A DNA stretch of 33,831 nt from Propionibacterium sp. (lineage in GTDB: Bacteria; Actinomycetota; Actinomycetes; Propionibacteriales; Propionibacteriaceae). Both the position numbers and the translations under genes were made by a program. Location: assembly GCA_012837465.1 (NCBI GenBank), contig DURG01000401.1:1-33831 (forward strand), in the 5' to 3' direction. Shown one piece after another: positions 16,273 through 25,764 of this stretch. Positions within the stretch are counted from its first letter, which is position 1. Each line of letters starts with the position of its first letter. The notes under the pieces were generated by a model. The model searched no databases and was not told where the DNA came from. It was given only the letters and a program-made list of their open reading frames with translations.

Positions 16273-17964
16273 TCAGGGGAGCAGCCAGGAGAGGACGGGG
16301 GTGGACATGAGCCCGGACAGCAGGCACAGCAGGGCGAGCAGGACGAAGCTCCAGCCGATGATTCGACGCAGGATCGTGGACTCGGCGCCAGCGATGCCGA
16401 TGGCGGTGGCGGCGATCGTCAGCGACTGCGGCGAGATCATCTTGCCCACCACGCCGCCGGCGGCATTGGAGCCGACGAGCAGGGCCCGCATCGACTCGGT
16501 GCCGAGGTGCGAGCCGGGGCCGATCTCGGCACCCACACCGGATTGCAGGCTCGAGAAGAGGATGTTGGCGGAGGTGTCCGAGCCGGTCACGTAGGTGCCG
16601 ATCCAGCCGAGGATGGGCGCCAGGAACGGGTAGAGGGCACCGGCGCCGGCGAAGAAGAGCCCGAGGGCGAGCGTCTGGCCCGAGTCGCCCATCACGTAGG
16701 CGAGCGCCACGACGGAACCGATGGTGATCATCGCGAACCGCAGCTTCTTGGCGTTGGTCCACAGCACCCCGAAGATCTCGGGGAGGCTCATGCGGTAGAT
16801 CAGACCGGTGGCGATGGCCACGAGGGCGAGCAGGATGCCGGGGGTGGAGGCCCAGGCGAAGGTGTAGACCTGGTGGGCTGCGGGGTTTCCCGAAACGTCG
16901 AGGAGGTCTCCCAGCCCCGGCCAGCGGAAGCTCACGTCCGTACCGCCCAGCGCTGCCTTGACCGGTGGCAGTGCGGCGATGCCGAACACCGCGATGACCA
17001 GGAGGTAGGGGACCAGCGCCATGCCGATGCGGCGTCCCGTGAGCTGCGTCTCGGTGGCGACGGGTGTGGGCTCGGGCTGCTCGCCCTCCAGCGCCGGGGC
17101 GATCCTGGTGCCGATGCGGTCGACGGCCTCGGCGCCGCCCGACGGGTGCCAGAGCTTGAGGAATCCGATGGCCACGGCCACGCTGATGACTGCCGCGAAG
17201 ACCTCGGTGAGGTTGTACAGGGGGGTGGCCGAGACGATCCACTTGACCACGCCGAAGGTGAGGCCCACCACCAGGCCGAAGGGCCAGCACTCCTTGAGGC
17301 CCTTCCTGCCGTCCATCACTGCCAGCAGCAGGAACGGCACCACCAGACACATGAGCGCCGTCATCCGGCCGGTGATGGGGGAGATGGCCAGCACGTCGTC
17401 GAAGCCGCCGGTCTTGGCGGCCATCAGGACGGGGAGGCCGACGGCGCCGAAGGCCACCGGAACGGTGTTGGCCAGCAGCGCCACCAGGGCGGAACGCAGC
17501 GGCGCGAAGCCGATGGCGATCAGCATGGCCGCGGTGATGGCAACGGGCGCGCCGAAGCCGGCGAGGGCCTCGAGGAGGCCGCCGAAGCAGAAGGCGATGA
17601 GCAGCCCCAACACCCGGGGATCCTCCGAGATGAGGAAGAACGTGCGGCGCAGGTCGTCGAACCGCCCGGAGGCGACGGTGACCTCGTACATCCAGATGGC
17701 TGTGAGCAGGATCCAGATGATGGGGAAGATGCCGTAGACGAAGCCGTGGGCGCTGGTGGCCAGCGCCGTCAGGACCGGCATCCCGAAGGCTGTCACGGCG
17801 ACCAGCACTGCGAGCAGCCACGAGAACGGCCCGGCGAGGTGGGCCTTCCACCGCAGGCCGCCGAGGGTGACGAGCATCGCGATCACGGGGAGTGCGGCCA
17901 CGAGCGCCGAGAGCCACTGGGCGCCCAGCGGGTTCGTGTCTGGTTGGAAGATCTCCAAGAGCAT
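16273..17964 (-). CDS. lldP: L-lactate permease (LctP family)
   Basis: Multi-TM protein with FGGLLEALAGFGAPVAI, ANTVPVAFGAVG, GTYVTGSDTSAN and GKMISPQS. GGAG RBS. Confidence 0.95.
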   Translation of the reverse strand: MLLEIFQPDTNPLGAQWLSALVAALPVIAMLVTLGGLRWKAHLAGPFSWLLAVLVAVTAFGMPVLTALATSAHGFVYGIFPIIWILLTAIWMYEVTVASGRFDDLRRTFFLISEDPRVLGLLIAFCFGGLLEALAGFGAPVAITAAMLIAIGFAPLRSALVALLANTVPVAFGAVGLPVLMAAKTGGFDDVLAISPITGRMTALMCLVVPFLLLAVMDGRKGLKECWPFGLVVGLTFGVVKWIVSATPLYNLTEVFAAVISVAVAIGFLKLWHPSGGAEAVDRIGTRIAPALEGEQPEPTPVATETQLTGRRIGMALVPYLLVIAVFGIAALPPVKAALGGTDVSFRWPGLGDLLDVSGNPAAHQVYTFAWASTPGILLALVAIATGLIYRMSLPEIFGVLWTNAKKLRFAMITIGSVVALAYVMGDSGQTLALGLFFAGAGALYPFLAPILGWIGTYVTGSDTSANILFSSLQSGVGAEIGPGSHLGTESMRALLVGSNAAGGVVGKMISPQSLTIAATAIGIAGAESTILRRIIGWSFVLLALLCLLSGLMSTPVLSWLLP

Positions 17965-17984
17965 GTGTGAACTCCGTCGTTCAT

Positions 17985-18014
17985 ATGGTCAGACCATTAG
18001 GTTTCGTCTGACCA
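17985..18014. promoter_or_regulatory. Tandem FadR/LldR-type operators
   Basis: Palindrome aTGGTCAGACCAt (17985-17997) and TCGTCTGACCA (18004-18014) match the TGGTCNGACCA box known for corynebacterial LldR. Confidence 0.85.
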
Positions 18015-18039
18015 TAAACCCCGTCGAGTCGCCTGTCAA
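18011..18039 (-). promoter_or_regulatory. Sigma-A promoter of the lldP-lutABC operon
   Basis: TTGACA (18039-18034), 17-nt spacer, TATGGT (18016-18011). The -10 element overlaps the second operator. Confidence 0.85.
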
Positions 18040-18069
18040 CCTCTTCCGGATAAGTCACAATGGGGAGCT

Positions 18070-18738
18070 ATGACGACAGGCGGCTTCGAGGCGGCGCTCG
18101 ACTATCTGACCAGCGAGATCCTCTCCAGGCGCCTCGCTGCCGGTGACAGGCTGCCCAACGAACGCGAACTTGCCAGCCAGCTCGGGGCCAGCCGCAGCGC
18201 CGTCCGTGAGGCCATCAAGGTGCTGCAGACCCAGGGCGTGTTGAGCTCGGCCACGGGCCGGGCCGGCGGCACCACGGTCGGCACGGGGCAGGGCGTCGCC
18301 TTCGGCCGGATGCTGAAACTGCACGTGGCACTGGAGGCCGTGTCCTTCGCGGAGATCACCGAGACGCGTGTGGTGTTGGAGCGCGCGGCAGCGCTGGCGG
18401 CCGTCGGCCAGCCCCTGAGGGAGGTGCGCCGGCTTGCGGAGAAGATGGTCGACGTCAGGGAGCCGGTCGAGTTCAACGATCTGGACACCGCGTTCCACGT
18501 CGCCATCGCAGCGGCCGGGGAGAACCGGCTCATCCGTGACATGACCATTGCGATCCGTGAGGCCGTGGCTGAGCGCATCCTGACCGCGGAGGAGCGGCTG
18601 GCCCAGTGGGAGGAGCTACGCGCCAGGTTGGTTGAGGAGCACGTGCAGATCGTCGACGCACTTGAAGCCGGCGATGGAGAACTCGCCGCCCGACTGAGCG
18701 AGGAGCACGTGCGCAACGCGCTCGCCGCGCTCACCTAG
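18070..18738 (+). CDS. lldR: GntR/FadR family transcriptional regulator (LldR-like)
   Basis: wHTH GDRLPNERELASQLGASRSAVREAIKVL and FCD domain DTAFHVAIA..EH. Divergent from the lactate operon, with a cognate operator. Confidence 0.85.
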   Translation: MTTGGFEAALDYLTSEILSRRLAAGDRLPNERELASQLGASRSAVREAIKVLQTQGVLSSATGRAGGTTVGTGQGVAFGRMLKLHVALEAVSFAEITETRVVLERAAALAAVGQPLREVRRLAEKMVDVREPVEFNDLDTAFHVAIAAAGENRLIRDMTIAIREAVAERILTAEERLAQWEELRARLVEEHVQIVDALEAGDGELAARLSEEHVRNALAALT

Positions 18739-18758
18739 CCGGCAGGGCGTGCGCCGCG

Positions 18759-19253
18759 CTAGAGGACCTGTTCCAGGAGGCCGGTGTCCACGTCGTAGAT
18801 GAACCCACCGACCTCGGCGTGGCCCTTGATCAGCGGGTGGTTGCTGATCATGTCGACGTCGGCGCGCAGGCGGGCTGCCTGGTCGGGGCTGGAGCCGAAC
18901 GAGATCCACGACGTGTCCGTGCCCGTCTTGGCTGTGATCACCCGGCGCAGGTCCTCGTCGGTGCCCGAGGCCATGGCGCACCGGGTGTGGGGGATCACCA
19001 TGATGCGGTTGACCTGCAGCAACTGCACGCTGAGCACGCAGCCGTTGAGGACGGAGGTGGTGACCCGGCCACCCGGTGAGCGCAGGATCTTCGCGTCGCC
19101 GATGTGGAGGCCCACCATGCCCAGGGGCTCGATGCGGGAATCCATGCACGTCACGATGCACACTCCCGCCTGGGCGATGCCGTCGAAGTAGCCATCCGAG
19201 AAATCGGCGGCGTAATCCTTGTTGGCTTGGAGCAGGTCGTCGAAGTCGTTCAT
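18759..19253 (-). CDS. Beta-class carbonic anhydrase
   Basis: Zn ligands TCMDSR and HTRC, C-terminal GFIYDVDTG. Start at MNDFDDLLQAN (ATG 19253). Confidence 0.92.
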   Translation of the reverse strand: MNDFDDLLQANKDYAADFSDGYFDGIAQAGVCIVTCMDSRIEPLGMVGLHIGDAKILRSPGGRVTTSVLNGCVLSVQLLQVNRIMVIPHTRCAMASGTDEDLRRVITAKTGTDTSWISFGSSPDQAARLRADVDMISNHPLIKGHAEVGGFIYDVDTGLLEQVL

Positions 19254-19284
19254 GCGGAGTGGGCTCCCTTCCTCCTGCGGAATG

Positions 19285-21765
19285 CTACTCCGCGAAGAGG
19301 GCTCCGTCGTCAACGGCAGAACCTGTCTCACCGGAGTCGCGGCCGGCGATCATCAGGACGGGCTGCGTCAGCGGGGTACCGGACCCGTCGCGGCGCCCGT
19401 GCTCCTTCGGCAGGTCCACTGGGGAGCCGCTGGCAGCGGCGGCCACCACGGGGCGCGGCCCGATCGCGGCGATGAGGAGCGTGTCCTCGCCCTTCAGGAA
19501 GCGGTGCGCACGCACGCCGCCCGTCGCGCGACCCTTGGCCGGGAACTCGCTGAGCGGGGTGACCTTGGCCAGCCCCGTCTCGGTACCGGGCAGCGAGTCG
19601 GACGAGCCGGAGATCGTGACCACGTCGTCGCTGTCGGGATCGACCACGCCGAACCAGACCACCTGGGCCTTGGCCGTGAGCTTGACGCCCGCCATGCCGG
19701 CGCCGGTGCGGCCCTGCGGGCGGACGGCGGACGCGGGGAAGTGCAGCAGTTGCGCGTCGCTGGTGATGAACCCGAGGTGTTTCGACTCGTCGAGCAGTTC
19801 GACGGCACCCACCACCTCGTCGCCGTCCTTCAGCGCGATGACCTCCCAGCTGTCTCGCACGAGGAACTCCGGCTTGACGCGCTTGACGACCCCTTGGGCC
19901 GTGCCGATCGCCAAGCCTGGCGAATCCGGGTTGAACGTGGTCAGACCCAGCGGCTTCTCGCCCTGTTCCAGCGGCCACAGTTCGTGGGCGAGGCTCCCGC
20001 CCTGGAGGCTGGCGGCCGTCGCGGTGAGCGGGACCGTCGGCAGTTCGATGGCCCGGCAACGGATCACGCGGCCATGGTTGGTGAGCACCCCGAACTCGCC
20101 CTGTGCGGTGGTGCGCACGCGGGCGACGACCACGTCGTGCGCAGCGCGCCCCTCGGTGGGGAGGGGGCCGATCTCGTCGGTGCGGGCCACGAGCCCGGAG
20201 CCGCTCAGCAGTACCCAACACGGGTCGTCCGGCACCTCGAGCGGTGCGGCGGTGGCCTTGGCGGGGGCGCCGGAGGAGGCCAGCAGGATGGTACGGCGCG
20301 GAGTGCCGAACTCCTTGGCGACGGCGGCCAGTTCGGTGCCGACGAGGCGGCGCAGGACGGCCGGGTCGTCGATGATCTCGCGCAGGGCGTCGATGGTGGT
20401 GCCGAGTTCGTCGGCCTCCTTCTCCAGCTCGATGGTGGAGAACTTGGTGAGGCGGCGAAGCTGCATGTCGAGGATGTAGTTGGCCTGCACCTCGTCGAGG
20501 TCGAAGGCGCCCATGAGGCGCTCGCGGGCCTGGGCCGCGTCATCGGAGGAGCGGATGATCGCGATCACGTCGTCGATGTCGGCGATGGCGATGATCAGGC
20601 CGCGCACGAGGTGGAGGCGTTCCTCGGCCTTGTCGAGGCGGTGCTGGCTGCGGCGCAACGTGACCTCGAGGCGGTGGTCGAGGTAGACCTCGAGCATCTC
20701 CTTGAGCGTCATGGTGCGCGGCTGGCCGTCGACCAGGGCGACGGCGTTGATGGCGAAGGTGTCCTCGAGCTTGGTGGCGCGGAACAACTGCTCGAGCAGC
20801 GCATCCGGGTTGATGCCGTTCTTGACCTCGATGACCAGGCGCATGCCGTGTTGCAGGTCCGTGAGGTCCTTGACGTCGGCGATGCCGGTGAGCTTCTTGT
20901 CCTGGACGCCCTTCTTGATCTGCTCGATGATCCGCTCAGGGCCCACCATGTACGGCAGTTCGGTCACGACGATGCCCATGCGGCGGGGGCTTACCTTCTC
21001 GATGCGCGTGGTCGCGCGGATCTTGAAGGAGCCGCGGCCGGTGGCGTAGGCGTCGCGGATGCCGTCGAGGCCGACGATCTTGCCACCGGTGGGGAAGTCC
21101 GGGCCAGGGATGTGGCGCATGAGCTCGTCGAGTTCGATGTCGGGGTTGCGCAGGAGCTGCTGCAGGCCTGCGACGACCTCCACGAGGTTGTGTGGGGCGA
21201 TGTTGGTGGCCATGCCGACGGCGATGCCGGCGGCGCCGTTGACCAGGAGGTTGGGGAACGCGGCCGGCAGGACGACCGGCTCGGTCTCCTTGCCGTCATA
21301 GTTGGGCTTGAAATCGACGGTGTTCTCGTCGATGCCGCGCGTCATGGCCAGCGCGGGCTCGGCCATGCGGCACTCGGTGTAACGCATGGCGGCCGGGCCG
21401 GCATCGAGCGAGCCGAAGTTGCCGTGCCCGTCGATCAACGGGAGGCGCACAGCCCAGGGTTGGCCCAAGCGCACCAGTGCGTCGTAGATGGCGGTGTCGC
21501 CGTGCGGGTGGAGCAGGCCCATCACCTGGCCGACGACGCGGGCGCACTTGACGTGGCCGACGTTGGGGCGCACCCCCATGCGGTCCATGGAGTACAGGAT
21601 GCGGCGTTGGACCGGCTTCAAGCCGTCACGCGCATCAGGCAGGGCCCTGGAGTAGATGACTGAGTACGCGTATTCCAGGAAGCTGGTCTCCATCTCCTGG
21701 GTGACGTCGACGTCGAGGATGTGTTCCTCTTCGGTGAGTTCGTCGTCGATCGTCCGCTTGACCAT
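19285..21765 (-). CDS. parC: DNA topoisomerase IV subunit A (GyrA paralog)
   Basis: [29 protein letters not shown], catalytic AAMRYTE and [11 protein letters not shown]-terminal domain has no recognisable GyrA box. GAAGGAG RBS. Confidence 0.9.
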   Translation of the reverse strand: MVKRTIDDELTEEEHILDVDVTQEMETSFLEYAYSVIYSRALPDARDGLKPVQRRILYSMDRMGVRPNVGHVKCARVVGQVMGLLHPHGDTAIYDALVRLGQPWAVRLPLIDGHGNFGSLDAGPAAMRYTECRMAEPALAMTRGIDENTVDFKPNYDGKETEPVVLPAAFPNLLVNGAAGIAVGMATNIAPHNLVEVVAGLQQLLRNPDIELDELMRHIPGPDFPTGGKIVGLDGIRDAYATGRGSFKIRATTRIEKVSPRRMGIVVTELPYMVGPERIIEQIKKGVQDKKLTGIADVKDLTDLQHGMRLVIEVKNGINPDALLEQLFRATKLEDTFAINAVALVDGQPRTMTLKEMLEVYLDHRLEVTLRRSQHRLDKAEERLHLVRGLIIAIADIDDVIAIIRSSDDAAQARERLMGAFDLDEVQANYILDMQLRRLTKFSTIELEKEADELGTTIDALREIIDDPAVLRRLVGTELAAVAKEFGTPRRTILLASSGAPAKATAAPLEVPDDPCWVLLSGSGLVARTDEIGPLPTEGRAAHDVVVARVRTTAQGEFGVLTNHGRVIRCRAIELPTVPLTATAASLQGGSLAHELWPLEQGEKPLGLTTFNPDSPGLAIGTAQGVVKRVKPEFLVRDSWEVIALKDGDEVVGAVELLDESKHLGFITSDAQLLHFPASAVRPQGRTGAGMAGVKLTAKAQVVWFGVVDPDSDDVVTISGSSDSLPGTETGLAKVTPLSEFPAKGRATGGVRAHRFLKGEDTLLIAAIGPRPVVAAAASGSPVDLPKEHGRRDGSGTPLTQPVLMIAGRDSGETGSAVDDGALFAE

Positions 21766-21786
21766 CTGGCGCGCTCCTTCTCAGCT

Positions 21787-22815
21787 CTACAGCAACCTGG
21801 CGAGCTTATCGCCCAAACCGTCGCCATCGGGTGCACGCACCTCCGGCGCCGTGTCGGGTTCCCACCGCTCCTCGCTCTGCGGGACCTCCATCGGGAGGCC
21901 GTGGGCCAGCGCGTGCTCACCTGGGGTGAGCTGGCGGATGGCGCGGAGACGGACGTGTGCTGGCTGCAGGCTGGCGAACTCGGCGTACAGGTCGGGATCG
22001 TGCTGGCCGTCGTCGCCGACGAGCAGCCACTTGACGTTGGGCAGGTCCCGGGCGAGTTCGCGCAGGCAGCGGCGCTTGTGCTCCTGCCCGCTGCGGAACC
22101 AGCCGGTGTTGGTGGGGCCCCAGTCGGTCAGCAGCATCGCGCCCTGGGGGATGCCGTGGCGGGCGGTGAAGCGCTGGATCATCGGGAACGTGTTCCACGC
22201 GCCGGTGGAGATGAAGATGATGGGTGCGCCGGGGTGCTCGGCGAGCAGGCGCTGGTAGAGCCGTGCCATGCCGGGGACAGCCTGCCTGGCCTGCTCGGTG
22301 AGGATGAAGGAGTTCCAGGCCGCCAGCATGGGGCGGGGGAGCGACGTGCTGAGGATGGTGTCGTCGATGTCGCTGACGATGCCGAAGTCCACGTCGTCGC
22401 CGATCACCTGGATACTGGCCAGCGCGGAGGCGCCGCCGTCGCCCTCCAACGTGACCGCGTGCCAGCCAGGTGCCAGGCCCGGGTTGCGCACGCGAACATC
22501 GATGTAGCCGCCCCGATCGGCCTGGACTGGGATCCGGACGTCGCCGATCACGACGGTGACGCCGGCCTTGGCCTTGGCGGCGTTCATGAAGTTGCGCCAC
22601 CCGCGGCGGTAGATCAGCGCTGAGGCGGCCTGGACGATGCCGAGGTCGTTGGACGGCCGCAGCACGATGCGAGCCAGGATCCGCAACTGCTCGCTGGTGC
22701 CGTAGCCGGTGTACGCGATGATCGACTCCTGCCAGCCGCGGCGGATGAGCCACCTGTTCAACAGCGAGTTGAAGCGGTCTTCGATGCGGGCGGCGATGAA
22801 GGGTCGAGAGGCCAT
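21787..22815 (-). CDS. App1 family (DUF2183) phosphatidate phosphatase-like HAD protein
   Basis: GIVSDIDDTI (DxDxT-like), VPGMARLY, STGAWN, LLTDWG and LVGDDGQHDP. Confidence 0.88.
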   Translation of the reverse strand: MASRPFIAARIEDRFNSLLNRWLIRRGWQESIIAYTGYGTSEQLRILARIVLRPSNDLGIVQAASALIYRRGWRNFMNAAKAKAGVTVVIGDVRIPVQADRGGYIDVRVRNPGLAPGWHAVTLEGDGGASALASIQVIGDDVDFGIVSDIDDTILSTSLPRPMLAAWNSFILTEQARQAVPGMARLYQRLLAEHPGAPIIFISTGAWNTFPMIQRFTARHGIPQGAMLLTDWGPTNTGWFRSGQEHKRRCLRELARDLPNVKWLLVGDDGQHDPDLYAEFASLQPAHVRLRAIRQLTPGEHALAHGLPMEVPQSEERWEPDTAPEVRAPDGDGLGDKLARLL

Positions 22816-22822
22816 GGGAACA

Positions 22823-22847
22823 AACTTATCCGGCCCCGTGCCACAAT
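22823..22847. promoter_or_regulatory. Back-to-back leaderless -10 elements
   Basis: TAAGTT (minus, 22828-22823) is 7 nt before the App1 ATG. CACAAT (plus, 22842-22847) is 6 nt before the DUF5998 GTG. Confidence 0.6.
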
Positions 22848-22853
22848 GGCCGG

Positions 22854-23408
22854 GTGATCGCCGAGAACCAGACCCTCCCCACCGAACTCATCGACGAGAT
22901 CGCCGAATGCGGCTTCTATCCCAGCCTCGTCGCGGAGACCGTCCTGATGGGGTTGGGTGGTCGCCCGGTCATCGACTACCTGGTCCAGCACGAGGCAACG
23001 TTCGCCGGCCGCGAGCTGCACCGGCACATGACGGTGCTGGTACTGACCGAAGCCCAGCTGCAGATCTGCCACATCGACGAGGCGGAGAGCAACCGCGCCG
23101 AGGCGCTGGCCACCTCGGAGGTCGTCGCGCTGCGCGCCATCGACTCCGTGGTGGTCACCCGGGCCATGGCGGATCCCGAGAAGCGCTCCGGCCTGCACGA
23201 GGCGTGGCTGACCATCGTGTGGGGCGCGGCGCGCCGCCTGGACCTCGGCCCCGCGGCCTGCGAGGACCCCGCCTGCGAGGCGGACCACGGCTACACCGGT
23301 GTGGTGCAGCCCGACGACATCACGGTGCGGATGAGCCCCGCCGCAGACGGCGACAACGCCCGTCGCCTCGTCGAGTTCGGTGCGAAGCTGCAGCAGGTGA
23401 TCCGTTGA
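22854..23408 (+). CDS. DUF5998 family protein
   Basis: GFYPSLV, YLVQHEATF, RHMTVLVLT and WGAARRLDLGPAACEDPACEADHGYTG. Usual position upstream of the phosphodiesterase gene. Confidence 0.85.
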   Translation: MIAENQTLPTELIDEIAECGFYPSLVAETVLMGLGGRPVIDYLVQHEATFAGRELHRHMTVLVLTEAQLQICHIDEAESNRAEALATSEVVALRAIDSVVVTRAMADPEKRSGLHEAWLTIVWGAARRLDLGPAACEDPACEADHGYTGVVQPDDITVRMSPAADGDNARRLVEFGAKLQQVIR

Positions 23409-24526
23409 TGATGCACTTCATCGACCCGCGCTACTCGAGCACCGCACTGTCGAACCTGTTGCCCAGCGTGGTCGCTCGGCTGGACGGCGAGCCCCCGGTC
23501 ATCGAACTGCCCGAGGCGAAGCAGTATGTGGTGCTGTTGGTCGACGGCCTGGGCTTCCACCAACTCAAGCAGTACCGAGACCACGCCGAGACCATGGCAG
23601 ACCTCCTCGACAGGGCGCAGCGGCTCACCTGCTCGGTGCCGTCGACCACCTCCACCTCGCTGACGTCGCTCGGTTGCGGAGCGACGCCCGGCGAGCACGG
23701 CGTCATGGGCTACAGCTTCTACGAGCCCACGGTCGGGCGGGTCATCAACTCGCTCAGCTGGGAGGGCGGGCCAGAGGACATCGCCGGGTTCTCCCAGACG
23801 CCGACGGTGTTCCAGCGGCTCGAGTCACAGGGGCGCCCGAGTGCGGCCGTCACGCTCGGGCGGTTCGCGGGCAGCGCGCTCACCCGGGTTGCCTTCTCGG
23901 GCACCAGGCTCTTCCCCGTGCTCAACGAGGGCGACCTCGACGAGGTCACGGGCCTGGTCACCGACGCGCTCGGCCAGGCCGAGGTGGTCTACCTCTACGA
24001 GCGGATGCTCGACGCCGACGGCCACGCGTACGGCGCGGGTAGCTGGCAGTGGCTCGAACGCATCGCCATGATCGACGACTACGTCGCGCACCTCATCGAT
24101 GGGCTGCCGCCGTCGGTGTGCCTGCTGGTGACCGGCGACCACGGCATGATCAACATCCCGGACGACGAGCGGGTCATGGTCGAGGACGAACCCCGGCTGG
24201 CCGGCTACTCGCACCTGGGCGGCGAGCCCCGCTTCCGGCACGTCTATGGCGACGACGCCCGCTCCCTGGCCTGGGCCTGGGAGTCGGTGTTCGGCGAGCG
24301 CGCCCACGTCCTGCGCCGCGAGGAGGCCATCGAGGCAGGGTGGTTCGGGCCGGTGGTCTCCGACCTCACTGCGGCACGGATCGGCGACGTCGTGGCCGCC
24401 ATGACCGGCACCTGGGCCGCGATGACCTATGCGACGCCCGGCGAGTTCTCCCTCGTCGGCATGCACGGCTCGCTCACCGCCGCCGAGATGGAGGTCCCGC
24501 TGCTGGTCCACGGTGGCGGCCGATGA
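23408..24526 (+). CDS. Alkaline phosphatase superfamily nucleotide pyrophosphatase/phosphodiesterase
   Basis: LLVDGLG, PSTT nucleophile region, PGEHG, LDADGH, VTGDHG, GGEPR and GMHGSLT. TGATG coupling to DUF5998. Confidence 0.9.
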   Translation: MMHFIDPRYSSTALSNLLPSVVARLDGEPPVIELPEAKQYVVLLVDGLGFHQLKQYRDHAETMADLLDRAQRLTCSVPSTTSTSLTSLGCGATPGEHGVMGYSFYEPTVGRVINSLSWEGGPEDIAGFSQTPTVFQRLESQGRPSAAVTLGRFAGSALTRVAFSGTRLFPVLNEGDLDEVTGLVTDALGQAEVVYLYERMLDADGHAYGAGSWQWLERIAMIDDYVAHLIDGLPPSVCLLVTGDHGMINIPDDERVMVEDEPRLAGYSHLGGEPRFRHVYGDDARSLAWAWESVFGERAHVLRREEAIEAGWFGPVVSDLTAARIGDVVAAMTGTWAAMTYATPGEFSLVGMHGSLTAAEMEVPLLVHGGGR

Positions 24527-25764
24527 GCCTCAGCGTCGCGATCCTGATCGACGACTTCTTCCCCAACTCGGGAGGCATCGGCCGATCGGTCCAGACGCAG
24601 TTGGAGGAACTGTCCCGGATGGGCCATGAGGTCACCCTCATCGCCCCCGACCGGCACCTCCAGCGCCCGGCGGGCGTGCGCACCATCGCCTGCCCCGCCA
24701 TCTACAAGGAGGGCCTGCCCGCGCACCTGTGCGTGCTGCATCCCACCGAGCGGCGCGCGCGGCTGATCTCCAAGCAGGCCCGCTTCGACGTCGTGCATTC
24801 GCAGACCGAGCGTGGCGCCCTCGTGCTGGCTGCCCGCATCGCCCGGCTGCAGGGCATCCCGCACGTGCACACGTTCCACACCAACATCGCCGGCACCCAC
24901 AGCACGCTGCCGTTCGCTGCTGCCTGGGGCTCGCTCGGCTACGAAGTGCTCGTGACGCGCGCCCTCGGGCTGGGCTCGAAGCGCCCGCCGCGCTTCGCGT
25001 CGTCGTTCCCGCCCAAGACGGCGGAGCCGGACAACAACAACTTCTTCTCCCGCATGGACTGGCGCTCGCTCGGCTGGATCGCCGCCCACGCCGACGCAGT
25101 GACCAGCCCGGCCGCGTACATGCTGGAGAACATCGAAGCCGCCGTCGCCCAGCCCATCGGCGGCGCCGTCATCCCCAACGCCTCGGCCGTGACCATCGTC
25201 GACGGCGCGGCCCAGCGCCGCGAGGAACGCCACGGCATCCGCTTCCTGAGCATCGGCAGACTGGCCAAGGAGAAGCGCCTCGACGTCATCATCAGGGCCT
25301 TCAACCGCGCCCGCATCCCCGACGCCGAACTGGTCATCGTGGGCGACGGGGACCAGCGCGAACGGCTGGAGGCCCTCGCCGGGCCAGGCGTTCGGTTCCT
25401 GGGCGGGCTGTCCGACCGCGCTGCCGTCGCCGAGCAGTACCTTGAGGCGGACGCGCTGGTGCTCGGCTCCTACCGCTTCGACGTGCAGCCCATGGTCATC
25501 CTCGAGGCAGGTGCGGCCAAGCTGCCCGTGCTCTACTGCGACGACCGGCTCACCGCTGGCCTCAGCGGCCAGACTTCCCAGCTCGTGGCGCCTGACATGC
25601 AGTCGCTGGCGCGCGGCATGCAGAAGCTCGCCGAGCCCGGCCGGCTCGCCGAGCTCAGGGCCGGCTACGAGAGGGTGGACGTGCGGCTGGACCCCGAGGA
25701 CATGGCCGCGGCGTACGTGAAGGTCTATGAGAAGGCGAGGAGGCTCCCCGAGCGACATGGCTGA
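24523..25764 (+). CDS. GT4 family glycosyltransferase (diacylglycerol glycosyltransferase-like)
   Basis: DDFFPNSGGIGRS, DVVHSQT, HTFHT, IGRLAKEKR, IVGDG and DVQPMVILEA. ATGA overlap with the upstream gene. Confidence 0.88.
   Translation: MSLSVAILIDDFFPNSGGIGRSVQTQLEELSRMGHEVTLIAPDRHLQRPAGVRTIACPAIYKEGLPAHLCVLHPTERRARLISKQARFDVVHSQTERGALVLAARIARLQGIPHVHTFHTNIAGTHSTLPFAAAWGSLGYEVLVTRALGLGSKRPPRFASSFPPKTAEPDNNNFFSRMDWRSLGWIAAHADAVTSPAAYMLENIEAAVAQPIGGAVIPNASAVTIVDGAAQRREERHGIRFLSIGRLAKEKRLDVIIRAFNRARIPDAELVIVGDGDQRERLEALAGPGVRFLGGLSDRAAVAEQYLEADALVLGSYRFDVQPMVILEAGAAKLPVLYCDDRLTAGLSGQTSQLVAPDMQSLARGMQKLAEPGRLAELRAGYERVDVRLDPEDMAAAYVKVYEKARRLPERHG

Noticed and set aside
15503-17917. 804-aa ORF suggesting a permease-LutA fusion or frameshift (likewise 13387-14784, 14037-15728, 22709-24526, 24049-25764)
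   Set aside because: The N-terminal extensions are off-frame readings of the upstream gene. Each real gene has its own RBS or a coupled start.
10887-21765. Calling the topoisomerase genes gyrB/gyrA
   Set aside because: They are unlinked and convergent, away from the dnaA/recF region, and the A subunit has no recognisable GyrA box. This fits actinobacterial Topo IV.
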